In this document: one piece after another, positions 56,979 through 64,000 of the stretch
Numbering within the stretch: position 1 is the stretch's first letter
Layout: each line of letters begins with the position of its first letter
Source of the DNA: Bacteroidaceae bacterium
Lineage (GTDB): Bacteria > Bacteroidota > Bacteroidia > Bacteroidales > Bacteroidaceae
Direction of reading: 5' to 3'
Assembly: GCA_036804505.1 (NCBI GenBank)
Contig: DAIRSI010000010.1
Coordinates: 32,552 to 96,551, forward strand
Length of the DNA: 64,000 nt
Translations under genes and position numbers: made by a program
Notes under the pieces: model-generated
Seen by the model: the letters and a program-made list of their open reading frames with translations, nothing else
The model's database searches: none
What the model was told of the DNA's origin: nothing

Positions 56979-58079
56979 ATGGAAAATAGGAAAATACGTG
57001 TAGGTATTACCCAAGGCGATATCAATGGGATTGGATATGAAGTGATTTTGAAAACTTTTGCCGAACCCATGATGCTCGACTTCTGTACACCCATATTATA
57101 TGGTTCGCCCAAAGTCGCTTCATATCACCGAAAAGCTTTGAATTTGCCTACTAATTTTACGATAGTAAACAGTGCCTCGGATGCCTCGGATAACAGATTG
57201 AACGTGATTAACTGCAACGAGGAAGAGGTAAAAGTAGATTTGGGGAAACCTACGGAAGAAGCCGGAAAAGCAGCTTTGCAAGCCTTGGAACGTGCGATTG
57301 AAGAATATAAGGATGGCTTGATTGATGTCTTGGTGACTGCACCTATAGACAAACACAGCATACAAAGTGATACGTTCCGTTTTCCCGGACATACAGAATA
57401 TCTCGAAGAAAAAGCCGGAGAAGGGAAAAAATCTCTGATGATTCTGATGAAAGACGAACTCCGTGTGGCGCTGGTAACGACTCATGTGGCAATCAGAGAT
57501 CTTGCTGCATCTATCACGCAAGAGTTGGTTGAAGAAAAAATACGTATCTTCAACACTTCCTTGAAGCAAGACTTTAATATTGATTGTCCTCGAATAGCCG
57601 TACTGGCACTTAATCCTCATGCAGGAGACAATGGCTTGATCGGTTCCGAGGAACAGACTGTTATTTCTCCTGCGATACAGACTATGGCAGCCAAAGGGGT
57701 TCAATGTTTTGGCCCTTATCCTGCTGATGGATTTATGGGGAGCGGAAACTATACAAAATTCGATGGTATTCTGGCGATGTATCATGACCAGGGACTGGCT
57801 CCGTTTAAGGTGATAGCCATGGATGAAGGCGTTAATTATACGGCTGGCCTTCCTTTGATACGTACATCTCCAGCGCATGGAACTGCATATGATATAGCCG
57901 GAAAAGGATTGGCTTCGGAAGAATCTTTCCGACAAGCTATCTATACGGCAATTGATATCTACAGAAATCGCAGACACGAAGAAGTTATACATAGAAACCC
58001 TTTGCGTAAACAATATTATGACAAACATGATGACAGCGACAAATTGAAATTGGATGCTGTGGATGATGATAAGTTTTGA
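56979..58079 (+). CDS. pdxA: 4-hydroxythreonine-4-phosphate dehydrogenase
   Basis: ..GITQGDINGIGYEV.., ..LNPHAGDNGL.., ..TSPAHGTAYDIAGKG... ATG 56979 preferred over the TTG at 56973. Confidence 0.92.
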   Translation: MENRKIRVGITQGDINGIGYEVILKTFAEPMMLDFCTPILYGSPKVASYHRKALNLPTNFTIVNSASDASDNRLNVINCNEEEVKVDLGKPTEEAGKAALQALERAIEEYKDGLIDVLVTAPIDKHSIQSDTFRFPGHTEYLEEKAGEGKKSLMILMKDELRVALVTTHVAIRDLAASITQELVEEKIRIFNTSLKQDFNIDCPRIAVLALNPHAGDNGLIGSEEQTVISPAIQTMAAKGVQCFGPYPADGFMGSGNYTKFDGILAMYHDQGLAPFKVIAMDEGVNYTAGLPLIRTSPAHGTAYDIAGKGLASEESFRQAIYTAIDIYRNRRHEEVIHRNPLRKQYYDKHDDSDKLKLDAVDDDKF

Positions 58080-58086
58080 TTAAGAG

Positions 58087-58794
58087 ATGAAATTTGCAAT
58101 AATAGCGGCTGGTGAAGGTTCACGGTTGGCACAGGAAGGTGTGAAACTTCCAAAACCTTTGGTTAAGGTAAATGGCAAAGCCATGATTGACAGACTGGTT
58201 GAACTGTTTGTCGAGAACGGAGCTAAAGAAATTGTTATCATTGTTAATAATGAAACACAGCAAGTTCAAGAGCATGTGAGAAATTTGCAAAGCAGATTCC
58301 CTATCAGGCTTGTCGTGCAATCCACTCCCAGTTCTATGCATAGTCTATATGCAATCAGTCCTTACTTAAAAGGTGATTCTTTCTGTCTGACAACAGTAGA
58401 TACGATTTTCCGTCCCGAAGAATTTTCCGAATATATCCGCAGCTTTCAGAAAGAGCAAGCTGACGGTATGATGGCGGTTACAGACTTTATCGATGATGAA
58501 AAGCCATTGTATGTTTCCACAGATGAAAATCTGTACATCAGCGGTTTTCATGATTCAATGCCGTCGAACTGCAAATATATAAGTGGTGGAATTTATTGTC
58601 TTCCTTCTAAGGCACTTGATGTTCTCGAAGATTGTATACATAAAGATATGTCGAGAATGAGAAATTTTCAGAGGCAGTTAGTTGCTGATGGCTTGATATT
58701 GAAAGCCTATCCTTTCAGCAAAATTCTGGATGTGGATCATGCAGAAGATATTCTTAAAGCTGAGGCTTTTTTGAAAGAAGGAGACGGAAAATGA
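58087..58794 (+). CDS. NTP-transferase (sugar/alcohol-phosphate nucleotidylyltransferase; LicC/IPCT-sized cytidylyltransferase-like)
   Basis: 235 aa. N-terminal MKFAIIAAGEGSRL...LPKPLVKVNGK signature of the nucleotidyltransferase fold. Confidence 0.82.
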   Translation: MKFAIIAAGEGSRLAQEGVKLPKPLVKVNGKAMIDRLVELFVENGAKEIVIIVNNETQQVQEHVRNLQSRFPIRLVVQSTPSSMHSLYAISPYLKGDSFCLTTVDTIFRPEEFSEYIRSFQKEQADGMMAVTDFIDDEKPLYVSTDENLYISGFHDSMPSNCKYISGGIYCLPSKALDVLEDCIHKDMSRMRNFQRQLVADGLILKAYPFSKILDVDHAEDILKAEAFLKEGDGK

Positions 58795-59654
58795 CGGCTG
58801 TGAAAGAAATGCATATAACAGGTGTTAGTAGAGGCAAGGAATTTTCTCCAAATTTGGAGAATAATGATGACGCCATATTTCATGCTGTCGAAGATAATTT
58901 GCGGTTGTTGGGATATAAAGTATCTGTTTGCTGTGAAAAAGATTTTGTCAAGCAGACTTGCGAAAGCCAAGTTATATTTAATATGGCAAGGGACACATCC
59001 ACACTTAAGCGTTTGAAAGAACTTGAACAAGAAGGATGTTTCGTAGTCAATTCAGCTTTTGGAATTGAAAACTGTATTCGTAAAAGAATGACGGAACTGC
59101 TGCTCGAACATCAAATACCTCATCCTGTAAGTTTGATAATCCCTACAGATTTGAAAGCGATTCCTGAAGATTGGAAATATCCGTGTTGGGTGAAACGTGG
59201 TGATTCACATGCCATGTTGAAACAGGATGTGAGTTATGCCGAAACGGAACAGGATGTCTTGAATATCCTTGGAGATTTTAAAAGTAGAAATATTCCTTCC
59301 GCAGTTCTCAATGAACATTTGGCAGGAGATTTGGTAAAATTTTATGGAGTTCAGGGAACCGGCTTTTTTTATTGGTATTATTCATCTCCGTCCGGCCATA
59401 GTAAATTTGGTCTGGAAGCCATTAATGGAGAAGCTCGTGGATTACCTTTTGAAGAAAGCAGCTTGAAGCATTATGCCGATGAAGCATCTTTGGCTTTGGG
59501 AGTTCCCGTATATGGGGGAGACTGTGTTATAACTTCACCCGGACAAATGAAAATAATAGATTTTAATGACTGGCCAAGCTTTTCATGTTGCCGTGCAGAT
59601 GCAGGCTTAAATATAGCAAAATATATTCATCAGTCAATAGAAGCAAGATATTAA
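58791..59654 (+). CDS. hypothetical protein, ATP-grasp-like fold suspected (kinase or ligase)
   Basis: 287 aa; ..YPCWVKRGDSHAM..., ..LAGDLVKFYGV.., ..GGDCVITSPGQMKIIDFNDWPSF, resembling ATP-grasp strand/Mg-site patterns. ATGA overlap with the upstream gene. Confidence 0.6.
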   Translation: MTAVKEMHITGVSRGKEFSPNLENNDDAIFHAVEDNLRLLGYKVSVCCEKDFVKQTCESQVIFNMARDTSTLKRLKELEQEGCFVVNSAFGIENCIRKRMTELLLEHQIPHPVSLIIPTDLKAIPEDWKYPCWVKRGDSHAMLKQDVSYAETEQDVLNILGDFKSRNIPSAVLNEHLAGDLVKFYGVQGTGFFYWYYSSPSGHSKFGLEAINGEARGLPFEESSLKHYADEASLALGVPVYGGDCVITSPGQMKIIDFNDWPSFSCCRADAGLNIAKYIHQSIEARY

Positions 59655-59662
59655 AATAAAAA

Positions 59663-60586
59663 ATGGAAAACGAAAAACAACATCAGAAAGGGCTTGACGC
59701 TACGTTGAAATCCAAAGATACGGAAGAGTGGCTTGATATTCATTTCACCCGCCCCTTAGGTTATGCATGGGCACTTTTTTTCAATAAATTCAACATTCAT
59801 CCGAATGTAGTTACCATCCTATCTATTATATTGGGAGTAGCAGCCGGATATTGTTTTTATTATCCTGATACATTACATACCGTCATAGGTATACTTTTAC
59901 TCATTTGGGCAAATATCTATGACAGCACGGATGGACAGCTTGCCAGAATGACTGGGAAGAAAACCCGATGGGGAAGAATGCTCGATGGATTTGCCGGAGA
60001 TTTATGGTTCTTTGCAATCTATCTGGCAATCTGTCTGCGTCTGTATGATGAATGGGGAATGACCATTTTTATTATAGCAGCACTTTCGGGTTTCGTTTTT
60101 CATTCCTCGCAATGTCAGTTGGCTGATTATTATAGAAACATACATCTGTATTTCCTGAAAGGAGCGGAAGGAAGCGAGCTGGATACTTTCCGCCAACAGC
60201 GTGAGATACTTCATTCCCTTCCATGGAAACACAATTTTTGGTGGAAGATGTTTCTATATTTTTATGGAAACTACACTCATGCGCAAGAGAGGATGACACC
60301 AAATTTCCAAGATTTGAAGGTCGTCCTGAAGACTCGTTACAATGGAAGCATACCTCAAGATTTTAGAGATAAATTCTTAAACGGGAGTCGGCCATTGATG
60401 AAGTATACAAATATACTTACATTCAATACTCGAGCTATAGCTTTGTATATTAGTTTGCTTATAGGAGAACCTCAGTATTATTTTTATTTTGAAATCATTG
60501 TACTGACTGTCATATATTTTTATATGCGTCATCGCCATGAAGCAATGTGTGGTCGTATGTGCAATGAGCTCATACATACAATGTAG
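59663..60586 (+). CDS. CDP-alcohol phosphatidyltransferase family membrane protein
   Basis: 307 aa, polytopic. Motif YDSTDGQLAR-MTGKKTRW-G-RML-D-GFAG-D, i.e. Dx2DGx2ARx8Gx3D with the last Asp shifted by one residue. Confidence 0.85.
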   Translation: MENEKQHQKGLDATLKSKDTEEWLDIHFTRPLGYAWALFFNKFNIHPNVVTILSIILGVAAGYCFYYPDTLHTVIGILLLIWANIYDSTDGQLARMTGKKTRWGRMLDGFAGDLWFFAIYLAICLRLYDEWGMTIFIIAALSGFVFHSSQCQLADYYRNIHLYFLKGAEGSELDTFRQQREILHSLPWKHNFWWKMFLYFYGNYTHAQERMTPNFQDLKVVLKTRYNGSIPQDFRDKFLNGSRPLMKYTNILTFNTRAIALYISLLIGEPQYYFYFEIIVLTVIYFYMRHRHEAMCGRMCNELIHTM

Positions 60587-60589
60587 ATT

Positions 60590-61606
60590 ATGAAAAGCAA
60601 GTATCGTAACATATTTTTGCTATTTGGCATTGTGGCGATTGTCATTATGCTTTTTTCCTTCGATATGCGGTGGGGTGAATTGTGGAGTAAACTGTATACA
60701 GCCGGATGGTGGTTCATTGCCGTTTTGTTCCTTTGGTTTTTTATATATATTGTAAATGCCTTGTCATGGTATGTTATTATTCGGGATGGGAAAAAGGGAT
60801 ATCGTGTTCCCTTTTGGACAATTTATAAACTTACTATTTCGGGATTTGCTTTGAATTATGCCACACCTGTGGGACTGATGGGAGGTGAACCGTATCGTAT
60901 TATGGAATTGACTCCTTATGTCGGAGCCAGTAAAGCAACGTCGTCTGTCATTCTTTACGTGATGATGCATATTTTTTCTCATTTCTGTTTCTGGTTCAGT
61001 TCCATATTCCTATATATAGCACTTTATAAAGTAGATTTCGCCATGGGTGTTCTTTTAACGGTCATCGGGACATTCTGTTTGGTAGTCATTTATTTCTTTA
61101 CGAGAGGCTATCGGAAGGGAATGGCTGTGAAAACGTTGAAGTTTCTGAAGAGATTACCTTTTGTCAAGAATTGGGCTTCTCATTTTTATGAACGTCAAGA
61201 GGAAACATTGCGGAAAATAGATGAGCAGATTGCGGAATTGCACAAGCAGCGAAAAGAAACATTCTATATGTCCTTGGGACTTGAGTTCTGTGCTCGTATT
61301 ATGACTTGTCTTGAAATCTTTTTTATTTTAAAAATACTAACCAACGATGTAAGTTTTCCTGCATGTATTTTGATTATGGCTTTTTCATCCTTATTCAGTA
61401 ATCTCATGTTTTTTTCACCGATGCAATTGGGAGCACGCGAAGGCGGATTGGCTTTGGCTGTCGGCAGCCTTTCCATACCAGGAGCTTTTGGCGTCTATAC
61501 AGGATTGATTACTCGTGTAAGAGAATTGATATGGATATCCATTGGAATGTTTTTAATGAAAGTAGGAAATAAAAAACCGGCAAAGGAGAATTTAACAAAT
61601 GATTGA
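60590..61606 (+). CDS. flippase-like membrane protein (lysylphosphatidylglycerol-synthase TM region / UPF0104 family)
   Basis: 338 aa, about 8 TMs; ..SGFALNYATPVGLMGGEPYRIMEL.. matches the conserved loop of this family as I recall it. Confidence 0.72.
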   Translation: MKSKYRNIFLLFGIVAIVIMLFSFDMRWGELWSKLYTAGWWFIAVLFLWFFIYIVNALSWYVIIRDGKKGYRVPFWTIYKLTISGFALNYATPVGLMGGEPYRIMELTPYVGASKATSSVILYVMMHIFSHFCFWFSSIFLYIALYKVDFAMGVLLTVIGTFCLVVIYFFTRGYRKGMAVKTLKFLKRLPFVKNWASHFYERQEETLRKIDEQIAELHKQRKETFYMSLGLEFCARIMTCLEIFFILKILTNDVSFPACILIMAFSSLFSNLMFFSPMQLGAREGGLALAVGSLSIPGAFGVYTGLITRVRELIWISIGMFLMKVGNKKPAKENLTND

Positions 61607-62312
61607 TTTGAAAGATATAAAGGGCATAATATTCGATTATGGAGGTACAATCGATACGAATGGAGACCATTGGGCGGAAGTCTTATGGGATGCTTACAAA
61701 AAGTTTGATGTGCCGGTAAATAAGGAACAGTTCCGGAATGCCTATGTCCTAGCAGAAAGAGCGATGGCGAAGTTTCCCTATGTCAGAACAGATTTTGACT
61801 TTAAAGATGTCTTAAGAGTTAAAATTGATTTGGAACTCAGCTTTTTGGAAGAAGATGGAGCTATGGTCTTTCATGAAATCAATCACAGGAAGTTGTGTCT
61901 TCAGCTTTCTTCGTGGTGTTATAGTTATGTAAGAAATGTTTTGCAGGTCACCCGGATGGTTGTGAATACTCTGGCTCAGAACAGGAAGCTTGTTCTGGTT
62001 TCTAACTTTTATGGAAATATCCAGACAATTTTGAAAGATTTTGATTTGGACAGATATTTCCAGGAAATCATTGAGTCTTCTGTTGTTGGTGTCAGAAAAC
62101 CTGATCCTGCCATTTATCAAATGGGAATTGATGCTATGGGGCTGCCAGCTGAGAATATTCTTGTGGTAGGCGATTCATACGGAAAGGATATGGAGCCGGC
62201 AATGATTTTGGGATGTCATACGGCATGGATAAAAGGTCGTGAATGGAAACATGAGGAACATGATGAATCGAAAATTGATTTTGTTATAACTGATTTAAAA
62301 CAACTGATTTGA
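61599..62312 (+). CDS. HAD-IA family hydrolase (phosphatase)
   Basis: 237 aa. Motif I IIFDYGGTID, motif II LVSNF, motif III ..VRKPDP.., motif IV VVGDSYGKD. 8-nt overlap with the upstream gene. Confidence 0.85.
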   Translation: MIDLKDIKGIIFDYGGTIDTNGDHWAEVLWDAYKKFDVPVNKEQFRNAYVLAERAMAKFPYVRTDFDFKDVLRVKIDLELSFLEEDGAMVFHEINHRKLCLQLSSWCYSYVRNVLQVTRMVVNTLAQNRKLVLVSNFYGNIQTILKDFDLDRYFQEIIESSVVGVRKPDPAIYQMGIDAMGLPAENILVVGDSYGKDMEPAMILGCHTAWIKGREWKHEEHDESKIDFVITDLKQLI

Positions 62313-62348
62313 AATAACTGATAAACTAACAAAAGATAGGAGATAAAA

Positions 62349-63587
62349 ATGAGTAGCAAGAAACAAGCTTCACTGGTTGGTGACGGATATATGTTATCCT
62401 TCTTCTTGATCACCTTCTTTTTCTTTTTATGGGGATTTGCCAGGGCAATCCTTGATGTGTTGAATCCATTCTTTCAAGAAACACTGGCTTTAACCAAAAC
62501 AGAAGCTTCTGCAATACAGTTTGTAACCTATCTTGCTTATTTCATCATGGCCGTTCCTGCGGGAATTTTCATAAGAAAACATGGAACTCGCAAAGGAGTC
62601 GTGCTTGGCTTGATAGCTTTCGGATTGGCTGCTGTTCTTTTCTATTTCAATTCCTATGCAGGGAAAGCTGCATTTTTCTATTATTTATCTTTATTATTCG
62701 TTATCGGATGCGGTCTTGCTTGTTTGGAAGTAGCTGCCAATCCTTATGTGACTCTTCTTGGTGCAAAGGAAACTGCAGCAAGCCGATTGAACCGTGCCCA
62801 GTCATTCAATGGATTGGGATGTATTTTCGGTTCTTTAATGGGTGGCTTTTATTGCTTTTCGAATGAAAACCCTGATATCTCTTATCCTTATGTTATTATA
62901 GGTATTGTCGTTTTGGTCATAGCTGTTATCTTTTCCCGCATCAAACTACCTGAATTTGTCATTAAGAGTTCGTCTTCCCAACAGTCGGTGGGAGAAGGTA
63001 AGATATATGAGCACCCTATGTTTCTTTTTGGTTTGTTTGCTTTGTTCTGCTACGAAGTTTCCGAAATTTCTATTAATTCCTTTTTTATTAATTATGCGGC
63101 GGAAAATGATTTGACGGGCTTGATTACGCATCAGTTGTCAGGAATGAATCCAAAGCTTATTGCATCTATCGTTCTGTCCATCGGTTTACTCCTTTTTATG
63201 GGAGGCCGGTTCATCGGAAGTTGGATTATGGAATATATACGTGCTGAAAAGATTCTTTTGATATGTGCAATATCGGCCGTAGTTATGACTTCCATTGTCG
63301 TGGTGGATTTGCCTGTTATTTCTTTAATTGCAGCCATGTTTATTTTCGTTTCTGAATCGATTATGTTTCCCACCATATTTGCTTTGTCAATCCGAGACCT
63401 TGGAGGATTGACTCAAAAAGCTTCTTCTATATTAATGATGACTCCGATTGGGGGTGCCGTCGGGACTGTTCTAATGGGCATGGCAGCGGATGAAAGTACA
63501 ATGACCTTGTCATTTATGGTTCCGCTTATATCTTTTGCAGTAGTATTAATTTATGCTTATACGATATTGATTCGTACGAAGAAGTAA
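62349..63587 (+). CDS. sugar MFS transporter, FucP/GluP (fucose-glucose-galactose:H+ symporter) family
   Basis: 412 aa, 12 TMs; ..FFFFLWGFARAILDVLNPFFQETL.. resembles the FucP N-terminal signature. Confidence 0.82.
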   Translation: MSSKKQASLVGDGYMLSFFLITFFFFLWGFARAILDVLNPFFQETLALTKTEASAIQFVTYLAYFIMAVPAGIFIRKHGTRKGVVLGLIAFGLAAVLFYFNSYAGKAAFFYYLSLLFVIGCGLACLEVAANPYVTLLGAKETAASRLNRAQSFNGLGCIFGSLMGGFYCFSNENPDISYPYVIIGIVVLVIAVIFSRIKLPEFVIKSSSSQQSVGEGKIYEHPMFLFGLFALFCYEVSEISINSFFINYAAENDLTGLITHQLSGMNPKLIASIVLSIGLLLFMGGRFIGSWIMEYIRAEKILLICAISAVVMTSIVVVDLPVISLIAAMFIFVSESIMFPTIFALSIRDLGGLTQKASSILMMTPIGGAVGTVLMGMAADESTMTLSFMVPLISFAVVLIYAYTILIRTKK

Positions 63588-63588
63588 A

Positions 63589-64000
63589 TCAATGTCTTTT
63601 TATAATACTTCTGATAGCCTCTTCGTCTTTATCAAACGGACCCGATGTCTCTAGCTTGATAGTTGACATGGCCGCTGCAAATTTTCCGGACTCCTCATAT
63701 CCTAATCCTTGCACCCGGCAGTAGAGATAACCAGTAGAATAGGTATCACCGCAACCGGTAGGGTCAATCAGTTCTTTCGGAGGATAAGCTTCAATTTCGT
63801 AATAATTACCATCGGCATAAATCAACGAACCATAACTTCCGGTGGTAACGACAACCTCTTTTACTCCCCAATCGGCAATTTGTTTTGCTGCGGCGTGAGC
63901 TTCATTTTTTCCGGTAAGTACTTCCATTTCATATTCATTGACTTTCAATGTGTGAATATATTTCAATGTTTCCAGCTTGTCTTTCCAATCAACTGCTATA
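63589..64000 (-). CDS. PfkB-family carbohydrate kinase, C-terminal part; gene continues past the right edge
   Basis: PfkB signature 2 ..DPTGCGDTYSTGY... The frame stays open upstream of the track start (..IAVDWKDKLETLKYIHTLKVNEYE..) to nt 64000. Confidence 0.85.
   Translation of the reverse strand, partial: IAVDWKDKLETLKYIHTLKVNEYEMEVLTGKNEAHAAAKQIADWGVKEVVVTTGSYGSLIYADGNYYEIEAYPPKELIDPTGCGDTYSTGYLYCRVQGLGYEESGKFAAAMSTIKLETSGPFDKDEEAIRSIIKRH

Noticed and set aside
1-64000. Apparent compositional step. Hand-counted sample lines give roughly 48-55% GC in much of 1-30 kb and roughly 35-42% in much of 31-64 kb. Considered as evidence for a chimeric contig or a large island.
   Set aside because: The estimate rests on only a few hand-counted 60-nt lines. 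Core housekeeping genes sit on both sides. The change happens inside a single operon (ATPases versus TolC/TetR genes). A proper sliding-window GC/codon analysis is needed before any claim.
1-64000. Search by eye for rRNA, tRNA, CRISPR arrays, IS elements, integrases, reverse transcriptases and toxin-antitoxin pairs.
   Set aside because: I found no regularly spaced repeats, no tRNA-like T-arm/acceptor patterns in the intergenic spacers, and no ORF with transposase, recombinase or RT motifs. The absence is by inspection only; tRNAscan, Infernal and ISfinder would be decisive.

Overview
This 64-kb chromosomal segment looks like a Bacteroidales genome (Bacteroides/Phocaeicola-like). It holds about 60 densely packed protein genes. 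Many are preceded by the Bacteroides -7 promoter box TAnnTTTG, Shine-Dalgarno sequences are almost absent, and lipoprotein/OMP-style signal peptides are common. I recognised no rRNA, tRNA, CRISPR array, transposase or integrase by eye. Most of the content is housekeeping: a mutA fragment, rfbB, ppk, mnmA, xseAB, ilvE, trmB, mrp/apbC, xpt-guaD, pgi, gpsA, lysS, aroC, slyD, rlmN and pdxA. Interleaved with these are two TolC/HlyD/ABC-2 efflux operons (one TetR-controlled and YbhGFSR-like, one with no ATPase gene), a rubrerythrin, an RclA-like oxidoreductase, a GH13+GH16 pair, a patatin/Omp85-type phospholipase operon and an orphan sensor kinase. Two regions deserve attention. (i) 15.5-18.0 kb is an AT-rich insertion with a beta-class DpnA-like m6A DNA methyltransferase, an unrecognised winged-helix plus PD-(D/E)xK-like partner ORF, a helically phased triple-GATC intergenic element and a decayed GH16 gene, followed by a patch of small accessory genes. 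(ii) 58.1-62.3 kb is a translationally coupled five-gene module (cytidylyltransferase-like, ATP-grasp-like, CDP-alcohol phosphatidyltransferase, flippase-like UPF0104 membrane protein, HAD phosphatase). It reads as a self-contained pathway for an unassigned phospho-head-group lipid or phosphodiester compound. All functional calls rest on motif recognition and recollection of protein families; no database search was run.
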